Shown here: positions 49,096-59,511 of the stretch, piece after piece
Position numbering within the stretch: position 1 is the stretch's first letter
How the letters are laid out: each line of letters opens with the position of its first letter
DNA from: Escherichia phage vB_EcoM_Maryam
Sequence record: PQ799574.1
Strand: one strand, 5' to 3'
Length of the DNA: 64,000 nucleotides
The notes under the pieces: generated by a model
Databases searched by the model: none
Told to the model about the DNA's origin: nothing
The model's input: the letters and a program-made list of their open reading frames with translations, nothing else
Program-made: the position numbers and the translations under genes

Positions 49096-49210
49096 AATTC
49101 ACCTCAAGGAGTATAAAATCCGAATGCAGTTGTTGACCATCCCATCCAGTATGGGAAATTTGCACCAATGTAAAACATAAGAATATAAAACCAACCGCTC
49201 AGCAAATTCA

Positions 49211-49429
49211 TCATTTTACACCGTTCCAAATTGTTTCAACCACGGATTTTAAGCCATTTTGATGAATGTCCATTCCAACTACCGCCATCAAATAGATTCC
49301 AACTACAACTGAACCTAAGGCAAAAATCAGCATGAAAATGAATAAAGCCGGAAAAATATTATCGAAAAACCATTCAATAAATGTAAAAGCACTGCGTTTA
49401 CGCTTCATATTTTCCTCACATAAATCCAA
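49211..49429 (-). CDS. small membrane protein
   Basis: 72 aa; TM helix. Confidence 0.45.
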   Translation of the reverse strand: MDLCEENMKRKRSAFTFIEWFFDNIFPALFIFMLIFALGSVVVGIYLMAVVGMDIHQNGLKSVVETIWNGVK

Positions 49430-49529
49430 AGTAAACGTTTAATACATCAATCATTAAAACGATTGGGAATATACTCAAAACAACTAAAATTATAATTATA
49501 TTCCATATAGCTTTAATAATCTTTTTCAT
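49416..49529 (-). CDS. small membrane peptide
   Basis: 37 aa from ATG 49529 with ggagg RBS; longer ORF-track version runs through a promoter. Confidence 0.35.
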   Translation of the reverse strand: MKKIIKAIWNIIIILVVLSIFPIVLMIDVLNVYFGFM

Positions 49530-49554
49530 TTTGTGTTCCTCCGTGGTTGATAGG

Positions 49555-49587
49555 GTAATAATACCACAGAGGAACAGTCTTGTAAAC
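49555..49587 (-). promoter_or_regulatory. T4-type early promoter, minus strand (GTTTAC ... TGTGGTATTATTAC)
   Basis: reverse complement gttgtttacaagactgttcctctgtggtattattaccctatcaacc. Confidence 0.65.
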
Positions 49588-49834
49588 AACTTTTTTAAAA
49601 ATATTCGTAATAAATGTGAATACCAATCACTACTGCCGAAACTTGCGCAACCCACCACGCACAAGCAATAAGTACAGAATTAAAAATTTTCATAATAACC
49701 TCATCACAAAAGTAAATGTTAAACAAATTACTGGAATACTAATTAACCAAACAAAACACCACCACAATGAACTCATAGTTCAATCTCAGCGATTTTCATT
49801 TTATTCTCCAAATCTGTATCAGTAGTTGATAGTT

Positions 49835-49866
49835 GTATAGTACCACGGTCCTTGTGGTATGTAAAC
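49835..49866 (-). promoter_or_regulatory. T4-type early promoter, minus strand (GTTTAC ... TGGTACTATAC)
   Basis: member of repeated promoter cassette family. Confidence 0.65.
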
Positions 49867-49881
49867 CATTTTGTGAAATTT

Positions 49882-50439
49882 TTAAATGGAAAGATACCAT
49901 CCATTGTAGTTGCTTTTTCTTACAACCTTACGAAGGTCTTCTCTATCACCGATGAACTTCGGAGTGTACTGGATGACACCTGGATGAATTTCTTTAGTGT
50001 TGAATATAATTATACAGTCCGCGACCTGGTGATTTAGAATGGGCCCTAGATTTATTCCAGAACCATATGGATACTCTCCGCTGCATCCTGTTGTTACAGA
50101 AATCCAACGTGAGTCAGTTTGATGTGTCTTAACTTCTACACGGAGCCCGCAATATTTTGGATGTGCTAAAACATCCCATGCATATGTGTACGGATCATTG
50201 ACATCTTCTTGGCCTTTATTGACATATCCGCTTAGCCAATCTGCTACAAAAAACTCTGCGTACACAGCGATACGGCATCTTTCGATAACTTCTGTCTTAT
50301 CCTGATTTGGGTTTTGTTTTAAAGAGTATCTTGCAGTATCAGCAATTTTGACCTTCATTTCACCAGTCAAGTCACTGTTCGATAGGGTAAATGTCGGAAT
50401 CTGAAATAGTCTCTGTAGCCCCGGATTCGTTTTCTGCAT
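49882..50439 (-). CDS. denB: endonuclease IV DenB (by position and size)
   Basis: 185 aa, between the ndd-region ORFs and rIIB. Confidence 0.6.
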   Translation of the reverse strand: MQKTNPGLQRLFQIPTFTLSNSDLTGEMKVKIADTARYSLKQNPNQDKTEVIERCRIAVYAEFFVADWLSGYVNKGQEDVNDPYTYAWDVLAHPKYCGLRVEVKTHQTDSRWISVTTGCSGEYPYGSGINLGPILNHQVADCIIIFNTKEIHPGVIQYTPKFIGDREDLRKVVRKSNYNGWYLSI

Positions 50440-50493
50440 TTAAACTTTCCTTTATGTCGGAATCACTGATATTCATATAATAAATCATAAAAC

Positions 50494-50512
50494 AAAAGGG
50501 CCGAAGCCCTTA
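50494..50512 (-). terminator. hairpin terminator (gggc-cgaa-gccc) with A/T runs on both sides
   Basis: GC stem with CGAA loop between convergently ending ORFs. Confidence 0.5.
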
Positions 50513-50514
50513 TT

Positions 50515-50709
50515 TTATTTGAATTGTGCAATTCTTTTCTCTAGACATTCAGCATAAGATTTCATTGAGATGAACTGTGAAAGCAGCAGTTCTTGCTCAA
50601 CTGCACTAACCGTTAGAAACTTTGTGCTTTCTAAAAATTTGCTCAGTGCATTAATTTTGAGCATTAATTGATCGTATTCTTCTTTTACTCGTGCTTGATA
50701 ACCTAACAT
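50515..50709 (-). CDS. hypothetical protein
   Basis: 64 aa. Confidence 0.45.
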   Translation of the reverse strand: MLGYQARVKEEYDQLMLKINALSKFLESTKFLTVSAVEQELLLSQFISMKSYAECLEKRIAQFK

Positions 50710-50737
50710 AATTTTCCTTAGTTAAGGGCCGAAGCCC

Positions 50738-51676
50738 TTATTTAAATTGTTCAGTAACGTCTTCAACTACTTCATATTGGCAGGTACGCATTTTAGCATC
50801 ATTGTAATCAATCGGAATTGATACTACATCACGTGGATGTACTTTAACTTTTACAACTCGGCTGGTTGAACTGCCAAAGTGACGAATATAAGATTTAGAA
50901 CACACATGCAGACCACGAGAACAAGTTTGTGTATCATCGTCATTCACACGAGTACGCGGCATTTTAACTACTTTACCAGGACTGTTATCAAAGGTATTTG
51001 AGTGACAGTCAAAGTAATTGCTGCGAACTACTTTCCAAGCATAGAAGTAACCATCTTCTGTAATTTCAATATCGTTTGCTACCAAGAAATCAAAAAGTCG
51101 AGATACCGCTTTCTGGCTTGGGTTTTCCAGCAGATTTTCCAAGAACGGAAAATAAAATTCAAAGTTTTCGCCTTTTTCCATCGAATCAAGAATACGATCA
51201 ACCAAACCAGACCGCAATTCAATATTTTGATAGAATAAGCTTCCACCTTCAATTCGAACATCGCCGGAAATATATTTTTCAACAGCACGACGAACATTAA
51301 TTTTTTGTGCCGCTTCTTCCAGCTTATCTGCTACAAGCAGATTAAGAATTTCCTGGAAGTTTGAATGAGTATTAGGAGTTGCGTTATAAGTTACACCGTC
51401 AACAGTAATTGAAATGAATTTTTTAGATGCATTCCAAATAATGTCAGATTTAGCAACTGGAGCAATAACTGCATCGCTATTAACTTTAACTGTAATATCA
51501 CCGCTAATAGTAACTTTAGAGCGTTTAGCTTCTTCAGCATTTTTCAAAACACGACGGATTGTGTCAACCGATACATCCTTCCAATAAGCTAATTCCTGCT
51601 GAGTGTAATTACCACTTGAATACAGTTTAACAATTTCAGCTTGTTCGTTTTTGGTCAGGCATTTAATATTGTACAT
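50738..51676 (-). CDS. rIIB: rIIB membrane-associated protein
   Basis: 312 aa; directly downstream of rIIA. Confidence 0.85.
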   Translation of the reverse strand: MYNIKCLTKNEQAEIVKLYSSGNYTQQELAYWKDVSVDTIRRVLKNAEEAKRSKVTISGDITVKVNSDAVIAPVAKSDIIWNASKKFISITVDGVTYNATPNTHSNFQEILNLLVADKLEEAAQKINVRRAVEKYISGDVRIEGGSLFYQNIELRSGLVDRILDSMEKGENFEFYFPFLENLLENPSQKAVSRLFDFLVANDIEITEDGYFYAWKVVRSNYFDCHSNTFDNSPGKVVKMPRTRVNDDDTQTCSRGLHVCSKSYIRHFGSSTSRVVKVKVHPRDVVSIPIDYNDAKMRTCQYEVVEDVTEQFK

Positions 51677-51687
51677 AATTTTCCTTA

Positions 51688-53865
51688 TTAGGCCGCAAGG
51701 GCCTTCATAGTTTTAGCGATTTGGGAAACTTCATCATCACTTAAAGAGTTGCGATATCCGATGAAGTCGGAAACAATACGGAATTTCTTGGTAAACTCAG
51801 CAACCATTTTATCACTGTTTTTTGAAGCATTATTTGATAATACATCAAAAAGATTAGTTACTGTCCAGATGTCATGACCGATGGTATCTTTTCCACCATT
51901 AAAATATACACCGCGCAATGAACTAACTATATTAGCGAGTCGTGTATATTCTTCAGAAACTTCATCTGTACTGAAGTACTTCATCATAAAATCTAGTTCA
52001 GGATACTTGATAATTTTATCAATATATCGTTGAGCTGAACTTGAATAACCTACATACTTATCATAATCTACATCATCAAAAGCATCTACATATAAATCAC
52101 GCAAAGCTTCAAAAATACATTGGCACTGACCGAGTTCTTTTACCTTTTTCTGTAAAAGCGGACGAATAACATAAAATTCATTAATGCCAATAAGATTAGC
52201 CATACGAATCAAAATATTCATAGATGGATGACAAAGAGATGTAGTACCATCCATAGAGAAAATATCAGAACGATGCATATACGCTACATAACCAGTAATT
52301 TCATCTGCTTCTGATGTGAGCGTAAATAATTCCTCTTTTTCCCATCGCCCATCTTTAATTTCAAACTTAAATGCTGTAGCAGCTTTAGGACGAGGAGCTT
52401 TACTTTTAACTACCTTTGGAATATAGCTTTTAACTAAAGCTTCAATTTCTGACAAATAATGAATGTTAACTTCATCACTTTCAAACATCGCCATAATATC
52501 AGGAAGTAAATCAATCTGCGATTCTACTTCCGGATTAATAAACAGAAGACGCTCATTGTGATGAATATTCAAAGTGTTATTAAATTCACTATCATCTAAC
52601 GCGTGTGCTAATCCACGGACAATATTAACACGATTTTTAATATTATCAATAACGATATTAATTTTTGTTGCATTAATACCAAACAGACGATAACTTGATG
52701 CAACGGCTGAAGTTTCATGACTTTGCTTAATGCGCTTCAGTCGAGGGTCAAGATTTACTTCATACACAACTCCTGCATTACATAACTTACTATCAGGTTC
52801 AAACATGCTTTGCATCTTCTTATATGACAGATTTTTAGTCGTAAATTTGACTGAATTACTAATCATATAATCTCGAGCAGAATACCCCATCTTCATCAAT
52901 TCACGATATGTATGACGGGGAGATGTGGATTCTTTAAATCGTTTTACATCTTCATTAAATGCTTTCTCACTGAGTTCTTTAACTCGTTCAATGATATTTT
53001 TACGAGTGCGATCATCTAGTGAAAGAGCCTCGCGAGATGGAGCAATATCAAGTGAACCCATTGGAAACTTAATGTAATTCACTTCATTGCGAATGCTTAG
53101 CCAGTTACGGTCTCTAATAACACCATCGATAGGATAAACAATACCGCCATAGATAGCATATAATCCACCACGATCAGGCCAGTATCTTTCTGGATTTACA
53201 CCATAATAATCATCAAAATCCGGAAAATAATCAATTTCACGGTCAAGACCATTAATGATAGCCAAATCTTTGAACGGTCGCATGATATAAGAAACTTCAT
53301 AAGCAAAGTTTCTAAAGTCTTTTTCTTCAACTGGAACTACGATTTCAATACCAGTTTTATCATCTGGACCCATTTCTTTTACGAATGTAGGTTTAATCTG
53401 TGGACCATCACCATCCATGTAAGCTACATAACCACGAATTTCACCTTTATGATACGAAGTAATACTAAACGTATCAGTATAACTAAACGGAGATTTAGAA
53501 CCTAAACCAAATCCGCCAATAAAGTCATTAGATTCAGCTTTAGATGAACTGAAGTATGAATTATACAACCCAGGAGAATTATCATCACCTTGAATATCAA
53601 AATCACTCATACCCGGACCAAAATCTCGACAAACAAATCGCGGGTCTAAACGTCCAGGAACTTGTATGATAAATTTCTCTGGATTTCCATTAAGTGCATG
53701 AGCATCAATCATGTTAGTAATCAATTCACGGACTACTGCGCGAATCTTGTTTGTATACAAATCAGACGACAGAATTTTAAATACTTTAGGAGATGCTGTG
53801 ATGCTAAATGCTTTCGATTTAGAACCATTACCAAGAATTGTTTCTTTTTCAGTGGTGATAATCAT
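51688..53865 (-). CDS. rIIA: rIIA protein
   Basis: 725 aa; GHKL-ATPase-like N-terminal region. Confidence 0.9.
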   Translation of the reverse strand: MIITTEKETILGNGSKSKAFSITASPKVFKILSSDLYTNKIRAVVRELITNMIDAHALNGNPEKFIIQVPGRLDPRFVCRDFGPGMSDFDIQGDDNSPGLYNSYFSSSKAESNDFIGGFGLGSKSPFSYTDTFSITSYHKGEIRGYVAYMDGDGPQIKPTFVKEMGPDDKTGIEIVVPVEEKDFRNFAYEVSYIMRPFKDLAIINGLDREIDYFPDFDDYYGVNPERYWPDRGGLYAIYGGIVYPIDGVIRDRNWLSIRNEVNYIKFPMGSLDIAPSREALSLDDRTRKNIIERVKELSEKAFNEDVKRFKESTSPRHTYRELMKMGYSARDYMISNSVKFTTKNLSYKKMQSMFEPDSKLCNAGVVYEVNLDPRLKRIKQSHETSAVASSYRLFGINATKINIVIDNIKNRVNIVRGLAHALDDSEFNNTLNIHHNERLLFINPEVESQIDLLPDIMAMFESDEVNIHYLSEIEALVKSYIPKVVKSKAPRPKAATAFKFEIKDGRWEKEELFTLTSEADEITGYVAYMHRSDIFSMDGTTSLCHPSMNILIRMANLIGINEFYVIRPLLQKKVKELGQCQCIFEALRDLYVDAFDDVDYDKYVGYSSSAQRYIDKIIKYPELDFMMKYFSTDEVSEEYTRLANIVSSLRGVYFNGGKDTIGHDIWTVTNLFDVLSNNASKNSDKMVAEFTKKFRIVSDFIGYRNSLSDDEVSQIAKTMKALAA

Positions 53866-53875
53866 AATTTCCTCA

Positions 53876-54079
53876 TTAATTCATATTACGCTTAATAACT
53901 TCAGCAACTTCTAGTAGTTCATCTTTAGTTGCGGTGTCGGATTGAATTTTATCTCTAATATCTTTAAAGCGGTTTTTAAATTCTTCAGCTTCTCCCATAT
54001 CGAAAAAGCGTTGAATGATTCTATATTCTCGATGAACTGCTTTATCAAAAAGTTCTAAATTTACTTTATATGATTTCAT
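53876..54079 (-). CDS. hypothetical protein (rIIA.1 position)
   Basis: 67 aa; gagga RBS. Confidence 0.45.
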   Translation of the reverse strand: MKSYKVNLELFDKAVHREYRIIQRFFDMGEAEEFKNRFKDIRDKIQSDTATKDELLEVAEVIKRNMN

Positions 54080-54100
54080 TTCAATATCCTCATTTGCCCA

Positions 54101-54134
54101 ATTAATTATACCACATCCTTGTGGTAAAGTAAAC
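54101..54134 (-). promoter_or_regulatory. T4-type early promoter, minus strand (GTTTAC ... TGTGGTATAATTAAT)
   Basis: reverse complement cagtagtttactttaccacaaggatgtggtataattaat; would drive rIIA.1-rIIA. Confidence 0.65.
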
Positions 54135-55954
54135 TACTGGCTCATCCATTCTTTACGAAGGTCAGCATTATCTCCCATGAGCATTTCAAAAAGCTCTTTC
54201 CAGTTCTCAGGAAGTTTAACAACATCATATACTGGGTTTTGAATCATCTCACGATATTCAGATTTTTCCAAAGAGCCAAGTCCCTTAATATAACGGATGC
54301 TATGTTTAGGTAGAGCATCTTTGGCACTCTCATATTCAGCGACTGTATAAAACCATTCTTGTTTTTTACCGACCTGAGCGATGATTACAGGAGTTTTGAC
54401 AAAGCGAATTCGTCCTTGCTCAAACAATTCTGGCCAATTACTAAAAAATCCAAGCAGAGAAGGATAAATGCTTCCTAGACCATCATGGTCAGCATCAGTC
54501 ATAATAGCAATATTATGATAATTCAAGTTTTCAGCTTTTTCACCGAGAACTAATCCAGTGATTGCGCAAATATCAAATAGTTCTTTGTTTTTAAGCATAT
54601 CAGCATATGACATACCCCAACTATTAAGAACTTTACCACGCAATGGATAACCACCATGAAGTTCTTTATCACGAACATCAATAAGATATCCGATAGCCGA
54701 ATCACCCTCAGTCAAGAAAAGAGTCGTGTCAGCATCTTTACCACAAAGATTCGCTTTAATATGTTTATGAACCTTAGCTTTAGAAGCCTTTTTAGCTGCT
54801 TTTGTTTCTGCTGCTTTTTCTGCTGCCAATTTACGAGCCAAAGCAGCTTCAATAATCGGCATTAGAATTGCTTCATTATTTAGAATAGCACGTGAAATCT
54901 TTTTAGCATCAAGCTGAATATGACTACGGATTTCACCAAATGGAGAAGTCAAACGCTCTTTAGTTTGAGAATCAAATCGCATGTTTTTCATATCACGAAC
55001 AAACATAACGATAGTCAAACATTCTTTAACACGTGCTTTAGTTACATCAATTTTGAATTTACGTTTGATTTGTGGAATAAGGTCTTCACAAATATCATCC
55101 ATAACACAGTCAATGTGATGGCCACCATTCTTAGTGTGAATGTTATTCACATAAGTTAATTGACGAAATCCATCCGGTGAACGACCAACCGCAATAGAAC
55201 AATTTTCTTGTTCTTGAACAATAGCATGTTCATCATACTGTCGTGCATATTTCTTAAAATTGCCCTGAACCTTTTTACCATTAAAGGTAAATTGAATATC
55301 AGGATAAACAACAGCAAGTGTCTGGAGACGATCTAGTGTAATATCAAGATAAACTTGGGACAGCTCATTAGTTTCAAATGACATAAAATCAGGAATGAAA
55401 GTAACACGTGTTCCTTTCCATTTTCCAGGAATATCTTCCCATGATTTATTTTCCATGCCATTTGAACAACGAACTACAATATTATTTTGACCATCACCCG
55501 TTTCACCAACAAACATCACAGAAAAAATGTTTGTCAAACTAGAACCAACACCATTCATACCGCCGGTGACACGTTCTTTATCATCACCAAAGTTACCACC
55601 CGCTTTTGGAATAGTCCAAGCAGCAACTGGACCAGGAATTTCTTCACCGGTAGGTGTTTTAACCATCGCTTGTGGAATACCACGACCGTTATCTTCAACT
55701 GTTACTTGATTGTTTTTAATAGTAACATTAATTTTATTTGCGAATTTAAACTTAGTACGAATACCTTCATCGACTGAGTTATCGATAATTTCATCAATAA
55801 GCTTAACAAGACCAGGTACATACTGAACACTTTCCCATTTACCAAACAGAAAGCGCTCATGCATTTCATTAGCAGAAGAGCCAATGTACATGCCACTACG
55901 CTTTTTGATATGTTCAATATCGCTCAGAATTTTAATTTCATTCTTAATCATCAC
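54134..55954 (-). CDS. 39: DNA topoisomerase II large subunit gp39 (GyrB-like), unsplit
   Basis: 606 aa continuous ORF; GHKL ATPase motifs incl. VEDNGRGIP; Toprim region; no gene 60 split. Confidence 0.9.
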   Translation of the reverse strand: MMIKNEIKILSDIEHIKKRSGMYIGSSANEMHERFLFGKWESVQYVPGLVKLIDEIIDNSVDEGIRTKFKFANKINVTIKNNQVTVEDNGRGIPQAMVKTPTGEEIPGPVAAWTIPKAGGNFGDDKERVTGGMNGVGSSLTNIFSVMFVGETGDGQNNIVVRCSNGMENKSWEDIPGKWKGTRVTFIPDFMSFETNELSQVYLDITLDRLQTLAVVYPDIQFTFNGKKVQGNFKKYARQYDEHAIVQEQENCSIAVGRSPDGFRQLTYVNNIHTKNGGHHIDCVMDDICEDLIPQIKRKFKIDVTKARVKECLTIVMFVRDMKNMRFDSQTKERLTSPFGEIRSHIQLDAKKISRAILNNEAILMPIIEAALARKLAAEKAAETKAAKKASKAKVHKHIKANLCGKDADTTLFLTEGDSAIGYLIDVRDKELHGGYPLRGKVLNSWGMSYADMLKNKELFDICAITGLVLGEKAENLNYHNIAIMTDADHDGLGSIYPSLLGFFSNWPELFEQGRIRFVKTPVIIAQVGKKQEWFYTVAEYESAKDALPKHSIRYIKGLGSLEKSEYREMIQNPVYDVVKLPENWKELFEMLMGDNADLRKEWMSQ

Positions 55955-56020
55955 TTATCCTCGTTTGGTTTCGGGAATATTATACTCCGGTAATCATAAA
56001 GCTAAAGGCCCGAAGGCCTT

Positions 56021-56290
56021 TTATTTAAAACGAATAGTTGAATCCTTAAAGAACAGCCCAGAACATACTGTTCCTTCTACTTTCTGCCCGGTAGGTCCAA
56101 TAGCACGAAATCCAGTATGTTGGAAATCATTTTCAGAGCAACCGAACCAGTTATATCCAGTGATTTCAATATTCGTAAAACCACTTGATGATAAAATTTT
56201 AGTTGCATTATCAGCATCAGTACATCCTACTAAAGATACTGCTAATACTAATGCTGCAATAGAACGATTAATATATTTCATAATTTTCAC
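56021..56290 (-). CDS. lipoprotein
   Basis: 89 aa; signal peptide with lipobox LVGC. Confidence 0.5.
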   Translation of the reverse strand: MKIMKYINRSIAALVLAVSLVGCTDADNATKILSSSGFTNIEITGYNWFGCSENDFQHTGFRAIGPTGQKVEGTVCSGLFFKDSTIRFK

Positions 56291-56658
56291 TTAAATTTAA
56301 TGGCTTGAAGAAGACTAATAACTCTCAAGCGACTTCTTTCATCTTTAACTGTAAAGGAAAGAGGGTCACCAGATTTCATAGTGATAGTGCATCCAAAATC
56401 AAAATTTTCGGGAACTTCTTTGAAGAAGTCAAATTCTTCATCATAAATTAGAACATTACTCTGACAACTATGAAGAATTTTTCCATCATTTCCAGATGCT
56501 GTACTAATCATTGTAACATTATGACCTTTCATATCTTCAACGATAAATTCACTAGTCAATATTACAGCATTAATAGAACTATTCCTATTACTAGCAGAAA
56601 GTAGAAATTTCTGTTCTTCACCTTCACGAATGCAATATTTCTTACCAATTTTAAACAT
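56287..56658 (-). CDS. hypothetical protein
   Basis: 123 aa. Confidence 0.5.
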   Translation of the reverse strand: MFKIGKKYCIREGEEQKFLLSASNRNSSINAVILTSEFIVEDMKGHNVTMISTASGNDGKILHSCQSNVLIYDEEFDFFKEVPENFDFGCTITMKSGDPLSFTVKDERSRLRVISLLQAIKFK

Positions 56659-56660
56659 AA

Positions 56661-56837
56661 TTACCCTTTAAGTAAATCGTAAAATCCACCATTCACATGC
56701 TTAGGAGCAGAAGGCCGACGAGTAGACAAACGATGACATTTAGGGCAAACATCATTTTCTCGTTCAGAAATCTTTTTAATTTTTTCATATTCATGCCCGC
56801 AGTCTTCAGATTGGCATTTATAATCATACATTGGCAT
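56661..56837 (-). CDS. zinc-ribbon protein (CxxC...CPxC)
   Basis: 58 aa MPMYDYKCQSEDCGHEYE...CPKC; below the ORF-track cutoff. Confidence 0.45.
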   Translation of the reverse strand: MPMYDYKCQSEDCGHEYEKIKKISERENDVCPKCHRLSTRRPSAPKHVNGGFYDLLKG

Positions 56838-56839
56838 AA

Positions 56840-57265
56840 TTATTCCTTAAAGTGTGCTTTCAGCATTTGATACAAGGACCATGCCTGTTCATTATTTTCA
56901 ATAGTAACTTTCATGACAGGAAATTCTGTGAAATCTTCTATTTGTTCTTGCTCTTTCTCTTCCTGCTCTTGCTCTTCAGCTGCCTGATATGGATTTTCCA
57001 CTTCATCAAAGAACTCGGCTTCGTTAGTAGAGAGCCAGATAAAGTTTTCGTCAAGGATATCACCATGTGTTGCATATCCAATTGTGCCAGTAAATGACAT
57101 AATTTTAGTAGGACGACCAAGATGGTCAACATCTAAAATTTTAAAAGGATGCATACCTAAACGTCGTGCATAAATTCCGTTATCAGTATGGTCTTTAATA
57201 AAAGCTTCTTGAGCTTGTTTATTTTTAAATTGATACCATTTATTAACTTCAAATTTAATAGCCAT
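56840..57265 (-). CDS. hypothetical acidic protein
   Basis: 141 aa. Confidence 0.5.
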   Translation of the reverse strand: MAIKFEVNKWYQFKNKQAQEAFIKDHTDNGIYARRLGMHPFKILDVDHLGRPTKIMSFTGTIGYATHGDILDENFIWLSTNEAEFFDEVENPYQAAEEQEQEEKEQEQIEDFTEFPVMKVTIENNEQAWSLYQMLKAHFKE

Positions 57266-57480
57266 TAATAAATTTCCTTCCAGTAAGTTGTGCCATCTTC
57301 AGTAATTTCACGAAATACACCGTAAATTGGTTGTTTATCACCAACCTTTTCATACACATAAACCGAAGTCAAGTGAGTAAACTTAACGGTATGTTCCTTT
57401 TGAACCACTACCAAATCTGGATCAAATAATACATCTTCAAATTCGTCATTAGTGCAATTCTGAACAATTTTACGTTTCAT
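57265..57480 (-). CDS. hypothetical protein
   Basis: 71 aa. Confidence 0.45.
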   Translation of the reverse strand: MKRKIVQNCTNDEFEDVLFDPDLVVVQKEHTVKFTHLTSVYVYEKVGDKQPIYGVFREITEDGTTYWKEIY

Positions 57481-57493
57481 TACAATTTCCTCA

Positions 57494-57763
57494 TTAATTA
57501 AACATTGGAGCGATACGTTTCAGAAGAGTAGCAGCACCTTTAGCGAATTTTACATCATGAAAAACAGTTTCTTCTTCTGTAACAACTCGAACTTTAATAT
57601 TTTCACAATCCCAATTTTTACGAACAATCTTCAAAAGCTGCAGTAAATCTTTACATTCAGCAATATCGATAACACATCCACGAGAATCTTCCATTATCGC
57701 ACGATAACCGTAAGCCATACCATAATCGTTGAAAGATTGCTCGATGATAATTAAGTTTTCCAT
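57494..57763 (-). CDS. hypothetical protein
   Basis: 89 aa from ATG 57763; leader nearly identical to that of the 10287 gene. Confidence 0.45.
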   Translation of the reverse strand: MENLIIIEQSFNDYGMAYGYRAIMEDSRGCVIDIAECKDLLQLLKIVRKNWDCENIKVRVVTEEETVFHDVKFAKGAATLLKRIAPMFN

Positions 57764-57860
57764 TTTATTCTCCAAGTTGTTTTCTGTATCAGTAGTTGAT
57801 ATTGATATAGTACCATAATCAACTACTGATGTATATAGTTTTATGAAAAAATTTTAAACT

Positions 57861-58352
57861 TTATGCATAGCGAGCTTTGCTGTAGTGTTTAATCCAACTT
57901 TCAGGAATGACTTTGTATGTTCCTAAAAATACCGCGTTGTATAACTTAACGCCATCTTCTACCCATTGATCAGTAATGTATGCACACATAGCGCGAGTAC
58001 GGTTAACAACACCTTCCTCACCTTCAGTAAATTCAAACTCATAAGGAGCAACGAACTTGATAGCTTGACCGAGTTTCCACTTAAAGTCTACACCTACATG
58101 CGAAGTATCAATCGTTTCAATTCCTTTAGCGGGAACAGCTTTCAAAAACGCAGGCTCAAGAAATTTCCATCGAACATAACCAAACTGAGGTTTAGACATT
58201 CCATCTTTAGGAATGATACGCACTTTTACTTCAGAATCTTCATCTTTAACACCATGTTTAAGCTGAATGCTTACGACTTCAACCAATTTTCCTGCTGCTT
58301 TAGAACGGGATTTATCAGATACACGAGCAATTTCACCGATATTAATATTCAT
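57861..58352 (-). CDS. hypothetical protein (paralog of next ORF)
   Basis: 163 aa; C-terminal ITDQWVEDGVKLYNAVFLGTY motif. Confidence 0.5.
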   Translation of the reverse strand: MNINIGEIARVSDKSRSKAAGKLVEVVSIQLKHGVKDEDSEVKVRIIPKDGMSKPQFGYVRWKFLEPAFLKAVPAKGIETIDTSHVGVDFKWKLGQAIKFVAPYEFEFTEGEEGVVNRTRAMCAYITDQWVEDGVKLYNAVFLGTYKVIPESWIKHYSKARYA

Positions 58353-58425
58353 AATTATCTCTCACTTGTTAAAAAGATTTTATACTCCGCAGGACCATTA
58401 TACTCTGGTCCCAAGAGTTTGTAAA

Positions 58426-58926
58426 CTAGCTTACACGAACATTAATCACTGCGCTGCGAGGAACTACGGAGTACTCTCCAGCATGAACTACGTTCAGAAG
58501 TTCAACACCATCTTCAATCCACTGATCAGTTACCCAACCGCCAATCGGATTCGCGAATGGACGACGAATATAAACTGCCTTACACAACAAATCAGTCGGG
58601 TCTTCAATTTTTTCAACTGGTGTTACATACATAGAAACTAAATCCATATCAATATGGGATTTTTCTTGTTCTTCTTTTTCAATTTCTGTCAATAAATTGA
58701 AATCTTCTTCATAGATGATGAATGATGATACCCTTCCATAATAGTTTCTAATTTCCATGTACACTGTACCAATGAGAATTCCGCTATTAACACTAATAAC
58801 AGTAAAAGGATATCCGCCAGTTGTACCAAGAAGTTCCCAAAACTTGCTATCAGTCGTATTCGACATTGTCTGGAAATCAATTTCAGATGGTTTTTTCATT
58901 TGATACGTAGTATTAATTTTAATCAT
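58426..58926 (-). CDS. hypothetical protein (paralog of previous ORF)
   Basis: 166 aa; C-terminal VTDQWIEDGVELLNVVHAGEY. Confidence 0.5.
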   Translation of the reverse strand: MIKINTTYQMKKPSEIDFQTMSNTTDSKFWELLGTTGGYPFTVISVNSGILIGTVYMEIRNYYGRVSSFIIYEEDFNLLTEIEKEEQEKSHIDMDLVSMYVTPVEKIEDPTDLLCKAVYIRRPFANPIGGWVTDQWIEDGVELLNVVHAGEYSVVPRSAVINVRVS

Positions 58927-58935
58927 AATTTTCCT

Positions 58936-59448
58936 TTAATCTAAGGTAATAAAGCCTTTTAATTCGGCATGCGATTTGCGAAACATTACTTGATGCCCAC
59001 CAATGATAACTTGATCATCTGGCACTTCATAAATCGCAATGTACATTCCACGATCTTTTAAGTCTTCACGCTCTTCTCGAGTAAACCATCTCATTATATC
59101 ATATTCACTAGCGAAAGCAAAATGATATAATGCAATAAACCACAATGGAATATAATTTTCAATTCGTGAATAATCTTTATTCCATTTAGTTTTAATAGCA
59201 TCATTAGCATTTTCAACTAATAACTTATCATCGTGTGGAATAGGAATACTTTCATGACTTTCATAATCATTGCTATGATGATGAAATGATGATGAATTAA
59301 TACCGCAAAATTTTAGCCAAGTTCGAGTTTTCATAGAATCAAATCCACGATAAGGAGTTGATTGAACACATAACTCTTGCCTAATTTTCATTATACCACT
59401 ATCATCATTTAATGCGCTAAACGATGATTCAACACGATAAATTTTCAT
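58936..59448 (-). CDS. hypothetical protein
   Basis: 170 aa from ATG 59448 with gagga RBS; longer ORF-track version overlaps the promoter. Confidence 0.5.
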   Translation of the reverse strand: MKIYRVESSFSALNDDSGIMKIRQELCVQSTPYRGFDSMKTRTWLKFCGINSSSFHHHSNDYESHESIPIPHDDKLLVENANDAIKTKWNKDYSRIENYIPLWFIALYHFAFASEYDIMRWFTREEREDLKDRGMYIAIYEVPDDQVIIGGHQVMFRKSHAELKGFITLD

Positions 59449-59472
59449 TTTATTATCCTCAGTAGCTATGGT

Positions 59473-59505
59473 GTTATAATACCACAACTAACCGAGGAAG
59501 TAAAC
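59473..59505 (-). promoter_or_regulatory. T4-type early promoter, minus strand (GTTTAC ... TGTGGTATTATAAC)
   Basis: reverse complement gttgtttacttcctcggttagttgtggtattataac. Confidence 0.65.
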
Positions 59506-59511
59506 AACTTT

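Noticed and set aside
49416-49664. 82-aa version of the minus-strand ORF 49416-49664
   Set aside because: Its N-terminal half runs through the early promoter at 49555-49587; only the 37-aa ORF from ATG 49529, which has an RBS, is kept
54656-55777. Plus-strand ORFs 54656-54865, 54920-55159, 55487-55777 and 55527-55709 inside gene 39
   Set aside because: They are antisense to the continuous GyrB-like ORF; low-complexity translations
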